Source: a virus
IMG/VR virus record: IMGVR_UViG_2919367315_000001
Location: 46-64,045 of that record
Strand: one strand, 5' to 3'
DNA: 64,000 bases
Shown: one piece after another, positions 28,194-39,057 of the stretch
Numbering within the stretch: position 1 is the first letter of the stretch
Layout of the letters: each line of letters begins with the position of its first letter
Program-made: the position numbers and the translations under genes
Notes under the pieces: generated by a model
Told to the model about the DNA's origin: nothing
Seen by the model: only the letters and a program-made list of their open reading frames with translations
Databases searched by the model: none

Positions 28194-28604
28194 CTACCCT
28201 TCGTCTACTTTTATTTGCCCGGCAAGAAACCGAAGTGTGTCATTGGTCTGTACCGTGCGCGGTGTTTTGACTGCCCCGTGATATACAAGATTGCCCCCTG
28301 TTGCCGCCGTGCGGATGCCGATATGAGTTACCAAGCCCCAATCTGCTCCAGCTATAGGGAAAGAGACATCCCCCACGCTGGAAGTAACGGCCCTGCGTTC
28401 TGTGATAACAGGTTCACTAAACGTCACAGCGCGTCGTACATAGCCCCCGCCGCTCACCTCCTGCCCTGTGTCTGCGTCCGTTGGACTGCTGGTGTACAAG
28501 GCAATGTAAAGTGTCTGCGGCGATGCAAAGTTAACGCCACGTAAAGCTGCATTGATACAGGCCGTTTTCCACCAGTTACTTTTGCTTAAAAGCACGTCTG
28601 CCAA
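28194..28604 (-). CDS. Phage tail fibre-associated protein
   Basis: LYIALYTSSP...EVSGGGYVR...FP...WG.VTH.GI. Confidence 0.75.
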   Translation of the reverse strand: MADVLLSKSNWWKTACINAALRGVNFASPQTLYIALYTSSPTDADTGQEVSGGGYVRRAVTFSEPVITERRAVTSSVGDVSFPIAGADWGLVTHIGIRTAATGGNLVYHGAVKTPRTVQTNDTLRFLAGQIKVDEG

Positions 28605-28616
28605 TATAAAAACCTC

Positions 28617-29171
28617 CTATTCTACTTGATACTCATTTGCGATACGGAAATTCCGTATGTCGGCATTTCCGATGTTGGTCAAGACAATAATAGGACTTGC
28701 TCTCTCATCTCCTGTAGAAATGACCGACACTGTTTGTGGCGATTGAGTAATGATAACTTCTTTAATATTCTCATCGCTTTCCGGGAACGGATGCTCCCCC
28801 ATTTTGATTGGTATGGTAAGCTCCCCATCCCAAAGTATCTTTTCAATATCCAGCGTGCCAGCATATCTACCGATGTATCTCCTTCCCGGCAAGTCACCAA
28901 AAGTAAATACGATGTCCCCTTTTTTGGCATTAAAAAGAGCCGCCACTTGGGCGACTCTCCTATGGTAATCAAGGGTTGTATCATCAGCCATGACCACACA
29001 TTCAAGATTAATTGTTCGCGGTCCGTAAGTACTGCCAAAGTCTAATTCCCCATCCCTCTCGGCTATTTCAAGAGAATGGTCCTTTGTTGGCGGTAACACG
29101 GGTATATTGTGAGTTTTAAGCCCTAATCCAATGGATTTAAAGGACTTACCATCGACAGTAGCATCAATCAT
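28617..29171 (-). CDS. Distal tail protein (Dit)
   Basis: Follows the tape measure; EIAERDG...YGPRTINLEC. Confidence 0.8.
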   Translation of the reverse strand: MIDATVDGKSFKSIGLGLKTHNIPVLPPTKDHSLEIAERDGELDFGSTYGPRTINLECVVMADDTTLDYHRRVAQVAALFNAKKGDIVFTFGDLPGRRYIGRYAGTLDIEKILWDGELTIPIKMGEHPFPESDENIKEVIITQSPQTVSVISTGDERASPIIVLTNIGNADIRNFRIANEYQVE

Positions 29172-32100
29172 TTAGGATTTACCTCCCCTCGCTTGCAACC
29201 TCCGCACCAGGTTATCTCGTTCGGTCCAAAACACCTTTGCTGCGGACTCATCTTCAATATAAGTATCTCCTGAAGTTACTGTGTAGTAATTGTTGTTATA
29301 CTGCGGATTTGAACCTCCTGAAGCCATTGGCATAGAAAAGTCTGGCATGGAGAAATTAAGCGCTGGCATTTTGAAATTGATAATTTTGAACAGGTTGCTC
29401 TGCTGTTGATCATTTAGATACATTTCTCCAGCCCGAGCTATTACCGGAACCTCCGCGCCGTGATCCCCCTGGACAACGCCCCCAGAATGGAATTTTTGAA
29501 TCTTTCCTGTATCTTTCTTGATGCCATACTTATTCCGAAGAGCAGTATTTTCCTCATGCAGCTTAGCTTTTTCGGAAGCACTTGCCGAGTACCATTTATC
29601 AATATTGGAATTATATCTTGCCAGGTCACTGTCTTTTTCAGAGATTGAGGAATTGGTATCAAAGGATGCAGACAATGAGGTGGCATTGATTTCAGCCATT
29701 TTCATTTGATAGTCTAAGATGAATTGATCCAACTGACGCAATATTTCTGCGTTTTTCTCAGATTCCTTTGAAATCTGAGTATTTTTCAAATCTTCAGCTT
29801 TGGATTCAACACCATCCGAGTACTCATCAAACTTACTGGTGAGTTCATCATAATGCTGTTTGGCAGCTTCAATCTGGTCATTGTAATCCTTTTCTCGCTC
29901 GGTCTTTTCATCCTGAAGCTTTTTCTTCTGATCTTCCAGCCCTCTTTTAGCCAACGTGCGGTTATGCTCTCGTTGCATATCCTCTATGTCTTTCTCAACC
30001 TGTTTCCGCTCCGCGATACCCTCAGGTCCAACGGCAGATTGAAGCAAGGCAAGACGAGCTTGTTTTTCAGCCATAGCACGATCATAGTCCTCGTCTTCAT
30101 TCGCGGTTTGCATCTTGGCAAGCAAGTCGTCTATGGCCTTGATTTTAGCATCCTGAGCTTCGACAAAAGCATCCCGCTCCGCTTCAATCCGTTTGACTTC
30201 CTCATCACGAGTCTTTTCAAGCGCTTCCTTTTCCTTCTTGGCAGCTTCAGTAGCGGCCTTCTTCTGATCCTCCAAAAGTTGCTTCTTCAAGTCATGGACC
30301 TGTACATCAATTTCCATGCGTTGCTCTGATCCATCTTTATAAAGAGCCTGCATTTTTGTCCATGCATTGAGCTGGTCTGAAACGGATATAACTTCCAAAC
30401 TCTTTTGATAATTAATCCTCTTTTGAAAATCAGATAGGAATTCATCTTCCAGTGCCTTACGCTTTTCGAATATTTTCTGCTGCAATTCAAAGCTTTGCTC
30501 GGCAGTACGATCCTTAGCCGTGCTCATGCGCATGTAAGCATCGTATTCCATTTTTAAAATAGCAATTTGGCCTTGTCCTGCCATCTCCATTTTGGAAGTC
30601 TCTTTATCTATCCATTTTTCTGAATTTTGATATCGAAGCTCGTTGTACTTGACAGTAAGATCATAAATTTGTTTTTGGATATCTCTCCGGTTTGCTGGCA
30701 ACAGATAGGCTTTATTTTGTTCTTTGGTATAGAAATCAAGAGATGATTTGGTCATTTCGATTTCTTGCTTGTTGGTCTGCCGCATGCGTTCGTTCTTCTT
30801 TTCTAGGTTAGCAACGTCTTCTTCATAGCGAGAATCATTCAACTTCTGAATGTCCCGCCCCCACTGCTTCAACGCATCCTTATCTTCGGTTAAATATTGC
30901 TTATGCCGTTGCCCTAACCGTTTATATCCGGCTATCTGTTGGTCTATAGACCATTCATTTCGTTCTGAAATATATTTAAAATTGTCCATATCATCGCTGT
31001 AAGAATCCTTACGCGCTTCGGCTGCTTCTTTGGCTGCTTTTTCAGCCGCCTTCTCAGCATCGCTCTTTCCTTTTTTCTTATCCTTCTTACCTGACGAATC
31101 ACTAACACCAAATTTAGGATCTTTGTAGAGATTTGACAAAGCATTAATCCGAGTATCAAAGGATTTTGCTTGCTTTTCATATTCCGTGTATATTTCATCA
31201 AGTTGATTTTTGTTATCCAGTTTTTTCTTATCAACATCAAGCTGATTTTTGAAAGGAGCGTTTAAAACCGATCTAATACCGGTCATGTTATTTAGTTCAG
31301 TTTGCCTTTTCGCAACCTCTATTGAACTCTGAGCCATAACACCATTTAGAGCGGCTTTAAGTTGAGCTAAGTTTTTAATAGCTTCTGCTTCAATGCTATA
31401 AGCTTTTAATCGTTCATCGGTGGATACTTTTGTGTTAAACGCTGAAGCCTTCTCGGATTTCAAATCGTCAATTGCTTTCTGGATTTTTGCTTTTCGTAAA
31501 ACTTCCACAGCGTCTTTTTCAAATTTCCATCCATCACTTGTCTTATAGATCTCTGCTGCAAGTTGAGGATATTTTAATATTAGGTCCGTGGCAGCAGCGG
31601 CGTTGAGAGACTGTCCTTTTGAAAGGTCGCTCAAGAGATTATTCATCTCAGATACAGCAGTGCCATTACCTTGAATTTGCTCTCTTAAATCTGCTAATGC
31701 TTCCGCCTGAGCTTTGGCACTTTCAGCTGCTGTACCCGACTTCCCTGCAAATTGATCAACCGCATCAACTGCAACTTGGCCTAGCTGCACTGCGACTTCA
31801 GCGGCAGAGGCGGAAAGTTTATGATTCTCCTTCTCTAAACCATTTACTTCGTCTTGGAGAAGCTGAACGGAGTTAGAAGCTTCGTCCAAACTCTTTCCAG
31901 TAAAAACGTTTTTAAAGAACTCTCCCATTTGTGAAGCTAGGCTGTCTTTAACTTTAAGGAGTTTCTCTTTTGTTTGCTCTAGCTCTTCGGTGTTCTTTTT
32001 CAACTGATTGTTAATCTCATTTTGTTGATCGGTAAGCATGTTCTTTCGTGCTTCATTTTGCTTTGTAATCAATGTGTTCAAAGCGTCAACCTGTATTTGT

Positions 32101-34583
32101 ACGGCCTTTTCACTAAAGTTAGCGGATTCAAGCTGTTTAGCTCCATCCTTGCCTACTGTTATAATTAATGCTTTTGTGACCTCTTCCAGTTGTTTCTTTA
32201 TTTGAGTTTGCCTCTCGATGGAGGTACCGCTAATTTTAAGCGAATCAGAAAGCGATTTATGAGCATTAACAAGTTTGGGAAGCAAGTCAATTTGTCGCTG
32301 ATACTGACTTATCATTTGTTGAGCTGCCGAATCTTCATCTTTCAAGTTTTGTGCTCTTTCACGCGCTGCTTTTTCTTCTTTTCCACTTTCCCAAATGACA
32401 AGAGCAATTGCCCCAGCCAGCAAAGTCAACCCTGCTGTAGCAGCAGCCATCGTTACAGTAGATAACGCTTGAGCCCTAGTCATAGCTGTAGTTGCAATTG
32501 TTGCCTCTGTTGTTGCAGCAGTAGATGCCTGAGTTGCTGCGCTACGTTGGACGGTAGATAATGTCGCTCCTTGAGAAGAAACAATATTCACTTCATTGGC
32601 TGTAGTGTTGGCAGCAACAGCCACCGTTTCTGCAACCTTAGCTGTTGTAAGTACTTTCACAGCAGCAACTACATTCATAATTGGCCCGCTGAGGGCTTTA
32701 TAAGCTAGAAGCAAACCTCCAATAGCTGCCGTACCCTCAAACACACCAGACGGTACTTTGGTAAGACCAATAAGCAGTTGGTCAATCGCGTCCAAGACGT
32801 TCTTAATCATTCTTCTTAGCCCGTCGTCGCCTGCATTGTTAAATATCTCAAGCAAAGATGCCTTGGTTTGTGCTGCTTTGCGCTGAATAGTATCCATTTG
32901 AACTTTCAGGTATTCCATTGTCGATCCGGTTGAGCCTATTGAGGCCGCTGTACCAAGCAAAATATCCCCAGCATTAAGGGAAGCTGCCAGTTTGGCATAC
33001 TGGTACACGCCGCGAGAGATATCTGCATATGACTTTGTAAGGTCATAGTTTTTGTCGATTACTTTAGTAGAAAGATCCAACAAGATATCTTCTGCTTTTC
33101 TCCATTGCTCTGATCCATTAACAACTTCCTTGGTTGCAACGCCCAAACGTTCAATCTCTCCTACAGCCTTGTCGGTACGAATCGTACCCAAGACTGTCTT
33201 CCACATATTACCTAAGTTTTCGCCTGAAAGAGCCGTATTCCGCACGCCCGCCGATATCAGCCCGTTCATAAAATCAAATGAAACTCCTGTTTCTGCTGCT
33301 ATCTTACCCGTCCGTTCAAAAGCAGCTCCCAAGTCTTTCGCCGGTGCCATCGTATCATGGGCAACCTTGGACCAAGAATCCAGAACGCGTCCACCCAGCA
33401 CCATAGCGTCATTACTGTCCTTAATTTGCACTCCATACTGAGCAAATGTAGACTCCATTGATTTTGTTGCATCTTCTAAGGACACAAGGTCAACAGTGGA
33501 AAGCATTGTAGACTTGCGCACCATTTCCTGTACCACGCCCGTATCCTTATACATCCGGCCCCAAAGACGTGCTGATTCGGTAACGTCCATAATTTCCGAA
33601 CCGAGGTCATGCGCCGTCCGAATAAATTTGGTCGTCTGGTCATGAAGCTTTTCGGTGTTCATCACCATTTCTTTGGTACCTTCGTTGTACTCCAAAAAAT
33701 AGTGCTCATTGGTTTGGATATAACCCGCCATGTTGGACTCAATGCCAACCAATCCCTCTTTAAGCGCTTCCTGTGTTTTATGCAGGGCTGCATACGCTGT
33801 ATTAAATACAAGGGCATGGGTAGCCATATCACCTACTCGGCTAATCCAGTTAGGAGTTGTATTAAAAGTCTGCTTCATTTGCGCTTCGGTTTGGCTCAAA
33901 GAGCGCCGGATCTTCTGTTCTTCCTGAAGGACTTTCTCGCGGACTTGTGCCTCTTTTTGCTCCCTGGCTCGTAATGCATTCACCCAAAATTTTTCGTAGT
34001 CCTGTGCGTTCTTACGTGCCTGCTGCGCTTCTTTCTCTGCCAGTTGAGATATCTTCATCCGTATGGACTGTTCTTCCATTAAGACACGTTCACGCGTCCT
34101 GTCGTCAGTCCCAGCCCCTGAGGCCTTTGCCGATCTCTGACCCGTCAATGAAGCTTTATTCTGCAAAGCCTCCATACGCTTCAGGTGTTCGCGTTCCTGT
34201 TGTTCTATTGCGTCTTCACGCTTTTTGACAATAGCTTGCTGCGCCCTTAGCTTCTCATCTGTAATTTTGTTAGCTTGATCCAGTTGGTTCTTTCGTGCTG
34301 TATTCAATTCTGCCTGTGCAGTGCGTTGCTTAACAAGTGCTTCGGATTCGGCAAGGATTTTCTTTCTTCTATCCTCTGCTGAAAGAGCAAACTTGTCTGC
34401 GCTGCTGGCAAGAGATTTGAAATTCTTTTCACTTATACCCAATTCAGCATTCAACACTTTGAACGATTCAGCGTTAGCTCTAGCCCCGTTATCTATAATT
34501 TTGAAAGCAGGCAAAATCTTGCTTGTATCCAAGCTTATCCGTGCGCCCACTACATCTTTACTTATATCCGCCACTTTGTTCAC
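29172..34583 (-). CDS. Tape measure protein
   Basis: 1803-aa helical, Ala/Lys/Glu-rich protein with TP901-type core. Confidence 0.95.
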   Translation of the reverse strand: MNKVADISKDVVGARISLDTSKILPAFKIIDNGARANAESFKVLNAELGISEKNFKSLASSADKFALSAEDRRKKILAESEALVKQRTAQAELNTARKNQLDQANKITDEKLRAQQAIVKKREDAIEQQEREHLKRMEALQNKASLTGQRSAKASGAGTDDRTRERVLMEEQSIRMKISQLAEKEAQQARKNAQDYEKFWVNALRAREQKEAQVREKVLQEEQKIRRSLSQTEAQMKQTFNTTPNWISRVGDMATHALVFNTAYAALHKTQEALKEGLVGIESNMAGYIQTNEHYFLEYNEGTKEMVMNTEKLHDQTTKFIRTAHDLGSEIMDVTESARLWGRMYKDTGVVQEMVRKSTMLSTVDLVSLEDATKSMESTFAQYGVQIKDSNDAMVLGGRVLDSWSKVAHDTMAPAKDLGAAFERTGKIAAETGVSFDFMNGLISAGVRNTALSGENLGNMWKTVLGTIRTDKAVGEIERLGVATKEVVNGSEQWRKAEDILLDLSTKVIDKNYDLTKSYADISRGVYQYAKLAASLNAGDILLGTAASIGSTGSTMEYLKVQMDTIQRKAAQTKASLLEIFNNAGDDGLRRMIKNVLDAIDQLLIGLTKVPSGVFEGTAAIGGLLLAYKALSGPIMNVVAAVKVLTTAKVAETVAVAANTTANEVNIVSSQGATLSTVQRSAATQASTAATTEATIATTAMTRAQALSTVTMAAATAGLTLLAGAIALVIWESGKEEKAARERAQNLKDEDSAAQQMISQYQRQIDLLPKLVNAHKSLSDSLKISGTSIERQTQIKKQLEEVTKALIITVGKDGAKQLESANFSEKAVQIQVDALNTLITKQNEARKNMLTDQQNEINNQLKKNTEELEQTKEKLLKVKDSLASQMGEFFKNVFTGKSLDEASNSVQLLQDEVNGLEKENHKLSASAAEVAVQLGQVAVDAVDQFAGKSGTAAESAKAQAEALADLREQIQGNGTAVSEMNNLLSDLSKGQSLNAAAATDLILKYPQLAAEIYKTSDGWKFEKDAVEVLRKAKIQKAIDDLKSEKASAFNTKVSTDERLKAYSIEAEAIKNLAQLKAALNGVMAQSSIEVAKRQTELNNMTGIRSVLNAPFKNQLDVDKKKLDNKNQLDEIYTEYEKQAKSFDTRINALSNLYKDPKFGVSDSSGKKDKKKGKSDAEKAAEKAAKEAAEARKDSYSDDMDNFKYISERNEWSIDQQIAGYKRLGQRHKQYLTEDKDALKQWGRDIQKLNDSRYEEDVANLEKKNERMRQTNKQEIEMTKSSLDFYTKEQNKAYLLPANRRDIQKQIYDLTVKYNELRYQNSEKWIDKETSKMEMAGQGQIAILKMEYDAYMRMSTAKDRTAEQSFELQQKIFEKRKALEDEFLSDFQKRINYQKSLEVISVSDQLNAWTKMQALYKDGSEQRMEIDVQVHDLKKQLLEDQKKAATEAAKKEKEALEKTRDEEVKRIEAERDAFVEAQDAKIKAIDDLLAKMQTANEDEDYDRAMAEKQARLALLQSAVGPEGIAERKQVEKDIEDMQREHNRTLAKRGLEDQKKKLQDEKTEREKDYNDQIEAAKQHYDELTSKFDEYSDGVESKAEDLKNTQISKESEKNAEILRQLDQFILDYQMKMAEINATSLSASFDTNSSISEKDSDLARYNSNIDKWYSASASEKAKLHEENTALRNKYGIKKDTGKIQKFHSGGVVQGDHGAEVPVIARAGEMYLNDQQQSNLFKIINFKMPALNFSMPDFSMPMASGGSNPQYNNNYYTVTSGDTYIEDESAAKVFWTERDNLVRRLQARGGKS

Positions 34584-34596
34584 CTCTCATAGGGTT

Positions 34597-34612
34597 CAGG
34601 AAAAGTTTCCTG
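34597..34612. promoter_or_regulatory. Palindrome copy 2 (upstream of the tape measure gene)
   Basis: caggaaaagtttcctg. Confidence 0.65.
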
Positions 34613-34663
34613 CCCTGAATACAGAAAAAGAGGCATCCTGCATGATTGCGGATGCCTCTTAAT

Positions 34664-34957
34664 TTACTTGGCGAAGAAACCAAGATCAGATAACGTCTTG
34701 ACCTTCTTCGGTTTTTTGTTTTCCACATTGCCACCGTGAAGAATAATTTCAAATTCCCGGTTTCTGTTCTTGGCTTTCATGAGCGCTCTAATCTTTGGAA
34801 TGGTCATATTAGGCCACTCTGAATCAGAAATACCATTACTCACGCATAAAGCCCAAAGTTCTATCCAGTCCGTTTCCCGATCATCCTCAGTAACCTCTTG
34901 GTCGTCTTCGTCGTCAGGCTCATAATCTTCATCAGGTGGAAACGACTCCTTATAGAA
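34664..34957 (-). CDS. Tail assembly chaperone extension (gpT-like), reached by frameshift
   Basis: Open frame FYKESFPPDEDY...DWIELWALCVSNGI...KTLSDLGFFAK* with no start codon near its 5' end, overlapping the chaperone stop. Confidence 0.7.
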   Translation of the reverse strand, partial: FYKESFPPDEDYEPDDEDDQEVTEDDRETDWIELWALCVSNGISDSEWPNMTIPKIRALMKAKNRNREFEIILHGGNVENKKPKKVKTLSDLGFFAK

Positions 34958-35288
34958 ATCGTTCTAAGAGGCCGTCCAACTCCTTAATGCCCTCTTCGTC
35001 TACATTCTCGTATTCTTCCTCCGTCAGTCCTTCTACCAGCACAAGATTAAAGGCTTCCTTATGCAATGCCTCAACTTTAGGCCAATCGACCTCGGCTCGA
35101 TCTTCTGTGGCATCCCATTTTTCACGTCCAATTGAAAAAGAGAACTTATACTCATTTCCACTCATAAGTTGCCGCACCTGACGGATCAGAGCAATAGTTC
35201 CGATTTTAACGTGTTTTATAATTCCCTCACCAAGAGGGATTTCCGTCCCGATATTAAGTGTTTTATCTAACTGTTTGTCTGTACTCAT
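34950..35288 (-). CDS. Tail assembly chaperone (gpG-like)
   Basis: Acidic 112-aa ORF between major tail and tape measure genes. Confidence 0.8.
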   Translation of the reverse strand: MSTDKQLDKTLNIGTEIPLGEGIIKHVKIGTIALIRQVRQLMSGNEYKFSFSIGREKWDATEDRAEVDWPKVEALHKEAFNLVLVEGLTEEEYENVDEEGIKELDGLLERFL

Positions 35289-35352
35289 TAAATTTCCTCC
35301 TCAATGTATGTAACCCCCTGCCTGAGCGATAGGGGGTTGAGTTAGTAATTGA

Positions 35353-36138
35353 TTAGATACCGAAAATGATTTCTACTGCATATCCATTAGGATTCTCTGG
35401 CGTGATATCCGGCTCCATAATCTCCAGCGCCAATGTATTGGTGGTTGGCTTTTTGCGCTCTTGGGACACGTCCAAAGTCCCGCCGCCGAGAGCCTTCCAA
35501 ATAGTGAGCTGGCAAGGGACTTCTTTGCCGTTCCGATCATCGGTTAATGAAAAGCGATGTACCAGTTTAAATGGTTTCGGACGGCGTTTACCGCTTAAGC
35601 TACTTCTTGTAGCATTCTCCTTTGACCATTTGAACGTAACAGTGATTAACTTCCCTTCGTTTGCAACATCAGATGTAATTTTACCCTCGGTAATTACATA
35701 CTGTTCTGCTGTTGGAGCAGATGCTACACGAGTCAACTCAGCTAGTTCACCTGTGTCAGTATCTTTTAAATAAACCCGGTCACTCTTATTTACAAAGGTT
35801 CCGTTATACTTCGTTGGAGCCTTTAACTTGTAGCCATCAGTTGCATTTAAAAACCCTTGTTCTACTTCATCAAATTGAACTGTTCCTTTTTCCGATTCAG
35901 CCCCTTGAGACAGTTCAGCCAAAATATCAGAGTAGCGAGGAACCTCCATAGAGGCTTTATCCCCTAAATCCTTAGCAGTGTAGTGGAATGCGTACCCACT
36001 ATCGCCGCCCATTACTTTGTCCCAATCAAACTGTAATTGTAAAGTTACTTTAGTGATTTTGTCGTCTAGAAACTTGAGCCTTCCGCCTTCTTCATAAACC
36101 TGCGCTGACCCCACACCATCAAATACTAAAGGTTGCAT
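35353..36138 (-). CDS. Major tail tube protein
   Basis: Size, synteny and beta-rich composition. Confidence 0.75.
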   Translation of the reverse strand: MQPLVFDGVGSAQVYEEGGRLKFLDDKITKVTLQLQFDWDKVMGGDSGYAFHYTAKDLGDKASMEVPRYSDILAELSQGAESEKGTVQFDEVEQGFLNATDGYKLKAPTKYNGTFVNKSDRVYLKDTDTGELAELTRVASAPTAEQYVITEGKITSDVANEGKLITVTFKWSKENATRSSLSGKRRPKPFKLVHRFSLTDDRNGKEVPCQLTIWKALGGGTLDVSQERKKPTTNTLALEIMEPDITPENPNGYAVEIIFGI

Positions 36139-36185
36139 ATTGTTTCATCCCCCTTATGTGTGAATACACAAAAGAACCGATCAGA

Positions 36186-36641
36186 TTATTTGACCAGTTC
36201 CCATAAACGCTTATCAATCTCCGCAATTCGTCCGTACTCTTTAGTGAGCTTGTAGCCCTCTTTCGGATTCCAAACACCCATAATACCCAATCCTTTAGCA
36301 AGCGTGATTTTTTCAGCAATCAGCGTATCCCACTCGGTAGGTTCTGGTTTAGGAGGATTAGGTTGAGTCCAATTCAATTCGGCTTCATAAGTTGTACCAG
36401 CAAGTGTAACCACGTTAAATTTGTACTTTTTGGTTGCGTTTGCTTCGCTAAACCATAGAGTCTCTTGATCATCGGGTTCAATTTTAACCCCATCCTTTTC
36501 AATGCTGGACACATTTGTTTTAGCCAAGGAAACTCGCTTTTGCGCTGAATGAAGCAACTCATATTCAACATGGTTAACGCCATTGTGTTCACCGGATCTT
36601 CCCGTTACTTTCCATATTGCTGCTTCTGCCATTCTGTTCAC
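36186..36641 (-). CDS. Hypothetical structural-region protein
   Basis: ORF in the neck/tail operon. Confidence 0.65.
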   Translation of the reverse strand: MNRMAEAAIWKVTGRSGEHNGVNHVEYELLHSAQKRVSLAKTNVSSIEKDGVKIEPDDQETLWFSEANATKKYKFNVVTLAGTTYEAELNWTQPNPPKPEPTEWDTLIAEKITLAKGLGIMGVWNPKEGYKLTKEYGRIAEIDKRLWELVK

Positions 36642-36642
36642 C

Positions 36643-37077
36643 TCAATTCATTCTCAAATAATCAACATCGAAAATTGCTTTGTACCCCTTGGCCCCTTGT
36701 ATACCAGTAGCAAAGTCTGCGTCATAGGTTAGAACACACAGATATGAAGCAAAGCCCTGAGCTGTCAGTCGTCTGTCGTGCAAAATCTTGAATGAACGTT
36801 CGAACAGTAATTTCGCTTCACGTGCTGTCTTCCCGTAGAAGTCGATACAGAACTTGCCCTCAAAGACTAACGGATTAACTGCATATCGTCCCGGCATGAC
36901 GTATTGGCAGATATGAGGAATTGTATCCTTGCTAACCGTTATTTCAGGCTCCATGCCTTTGGTGAATCGTTTTACGACTTCGTCAGGAGATGATGAAGAA
37001 GTGAGCTTCAGCATGTACATAAGCTCTGTATCTGCCTTCAAGGCACTCTGAACGGCATCAATAAGTTGCAAACTCAC
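36643..37077 (-). CDS. Tail terminator/completion protein (putative)
   Basis: Synteny before the major tail gene. Confidence 0.55.
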   Translation of the reverse strand: MSLQLIDAVQSALKADTELMYMLKLTSSSSPDEVVKRFTKGMEPEITVSKDTIPHICQYVMPGRYAVNPLVFEGKFCIDFYGKTAREAKLLFERSFKILHDRRLTAQGFASYLCVLTYDADFATGIQGAKGYKAIFDVDYLRMN

Positions 37078-37652
37078 TCCTTAACCTCCTTGAAGTATCT
37101 GTGATATGGAAACTCAGTTATTACACGGCTAATACCATCCAGAATACGTTTCCGGTTAGACTGAATTGCAATACGCAAAAAGTATGTTGGCGGTGTGGCC
37201 CTGAATGAAGGATCAATATCACCGCGCTCCGCAAGCTCCTCCAAGTCTACTCCAGCATAGCCCCCACCTGATTCCTTCATGGTCCCGTCAATTGCCCGGT
37301 ACTTTCCACGGGAACGACCTACAATAACACGATCACCTTTGGACCTCAGTCGGTTCCACGCTTCACTGTTCATGTAGGTTATTAAACCGGGATTTTGACT
37401 GCTGTCTGCCATCTTGGAGCCTTTACCGAATTGTTCAAGCCACGCCTGCCAGTAATCAGCGGTGATGTCGCCTGAAATCATCTGATTCGCCAGGACAAAC
37501 ATATGCATTTCTAAGTGGTCCCGAACTGCCGGATAGTACCGTATGCCGCTCTTGGCTGTCAGCATGACCAACTTCGTTAATCCGGTAATCTCAACAGCCA
37601 GCTTATTTTCCAAATCTTTAGCAGCCCGAGCTGCATCATAACCTGTAATCAT
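37074..37652 (-). CDS. Neck protein (putative)
   Basis: Synteny; PPTYFLRIA-type ending. Confidence 0.5.
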   Translation of the reverse strand: MITGYDAARAAKDLENKLAVEITGLTKLVMLTAKSGIRYYPAVRDHLEMHMFVLANQMISGDITADYWQAWLEQFGKGSKMADSSQNPGLITYMNSEAWNRLRSKGDRVIVGRSRGKYRAIDGTMKESGGGYAGVDLEELAERGDIDPSFRATPPTYFLRIAIQSNRKRILDGISRVITEFPYHRYFKEVKE

Positions 37653-38224
37653 CGTCGATCCTCTGAAAGCTGAACATGCAGCAAGTTAGGATACTTGATC
37701 TTATCTACCACATCTACCTGGTATGTCTTCCCGCCCATTACAATCCGGTCAGGCGCGGATAAACTTGAGTCTTGAGGGTCTCTTACATCGACTGTCGTCT
37801 GTAACTGCAAGGTAAACACAGTACTCGGCAGCAAGCCCGGCTCCTGTTGTCGCAATTGTGCTGTGACATACTGTGCAAAGCACACAATATCAGCAGCAAC
37901 AGATACAAAGTCAGGACCACCTATAGGGTTATCGTTGGCATCATAAGCTTGCTGGTATCTTTGCACCTCGATTAAAGCATTCGTTTTAATCAGAGAGCAG
38001 TACTTGTCCTTCTCAGTTGTTGTACGTAGAGTCTGTACCAAATACGACGATTCGTTCTGAACTATATCTCCCGGCTTTACAGATGATTTCGAAGAAAACA
38101 AACCATTGTACATATACTCTTTTCCGATAACCGTTGTGGCTTTCGTTTCCCTAGACAATATAACGACATCGGGCTCACCATTGACAGTACAAGGTGAATG
38201 CCTATGAGCGAAGTCTTTAAACAT
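37649..38224 (-). CDS. Head-closure/adaptor protein (putative)
   Basis: Synteny; DRIVMGGKTYQV motif. Confidence 0.55.
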   Translation of the reverse strand: MFKDFAHRHSPCTVNGEPDVVILSRETKATTVIGKEYMYNGLFSSKSSVKPGDIVQNESSYLVQTLRTTTEKDKYCSLIKTNALIEVQRYQQAYDANDNPIGGPDFVSVAADIVCFAQYVTAQLRQQEPGLLPSTVFTLQLQTTVDVRDPQDSSLSAPDRIVMGGKTYQVDVVDKIKYPNLLHVQLSEDRR

Positions 38225-38661
38225 TAGTGACGCCGCCTTTCTCTCGCCCGGGTCGGCCCAGCTACACCGAATACCGGAACATCTGTCCCATGCTGTACTG
38301 TTGATATGGACTCGATAAACTCATAGGCTTCATCAACAAGCTGAACAGCGTACTTTTTCCAATCAACAACCTGATTTTCAAAAGAGAAGTCAAAGTCCTT
38401 TTTAGACTTCTTGATTCTCGCTGTCATGGAAGGGGCCAGTATGGCAGCAACCATACAAACGGCTGCTGCATACACATTAGTTTGATCATCACCAGTTAAC
38501 TCAGCATAATCAGGAACGGCTTTTACAATCCTCGATTCTCCAATGGGCAAAACAGAAAGAGCGTCTATGTCAGCATCGGATATTACATCCTCACCAACGC
38601 CTAGACGCCCTCTAATCTCCTCGTGATATGTTTCTGTAGTGAGTATCTTATTAGTTGCCAT
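38224..38661 (-). CDS. Head-tail connector (putative)
   Basis: Synteny after capsid; helical ~145 aa. Confidence 0.55.
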   Translation of the reverse strand: MATNKILTTETYHEEIRGRLGVGEDVISDADIDALSVLPIGESRIVKAVPDYAELTGDDQTNVYAAAVCMVAAILAPSMTARIKKSKKDFDFSFENQVVDWKKYAVQLVDEAYEFIESISTVQHGTDVPVFGVAGPTRARERRRH

Positions 38662-39040
38662 CTGCTGCACCGCCTGCAGCACTGATAGCCTGTTTCAATT
38701 CTTCAATACTCATTTTGGTGTATCCGGGTATTTTCAATTCCTTAGCTGAGGATTTCAATTCTTTCAACTCACCTTCAAACTGAAGAAAATCAATTTGCTC
38801 AAGTAATTCTGCTTCTCGCGCTTTGGACTGTTCTAATTCGGCCTGAAGTTGCAATTCCCGTTCTGAAGGAGAACCATCAAGAGCCACATTACCATCTACA
38901 ATCTCCGCAAGCAATTGTCCAGTTGCGGCATTACGGATTTCATTCTTTGCGATATCTACAAGACCATCAGGGGCATCTGTTACGATGTCCCCCGAATTGT
39001 ATTGCCCAACAGCATCAACCAATACTCTTACAGTTGTCAT
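38651..39040 (-). CDS. Small capsid-region protein with Rho-N-like domain
   Basis: ELKSSAKELKIPGYTKMSIEELKQAI motif. Confidence 0.6.
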   Translation of the reverse strand: MTTVRVLVDAVGQYNSGDIVTDAPDGLVDIAKNEIRNAATGQLLAEIVDGNVALDGSPSERELQLQAELEQSKAREAELLEQIDFLQFEGELKELKSSAKELKIPGYTKMSIEELKQAISAAGGAADGN

Positions 39041-39057
39041 AAATTCGACCTCCTCCC

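Noticed and set aside
29441-34662. Many short antisense and alternate-frame ORFs in the tape measure gene (and similar shadows elsewhere)
   Set aside because: Expected by-products of long coding sequences; no RBS or motifs.
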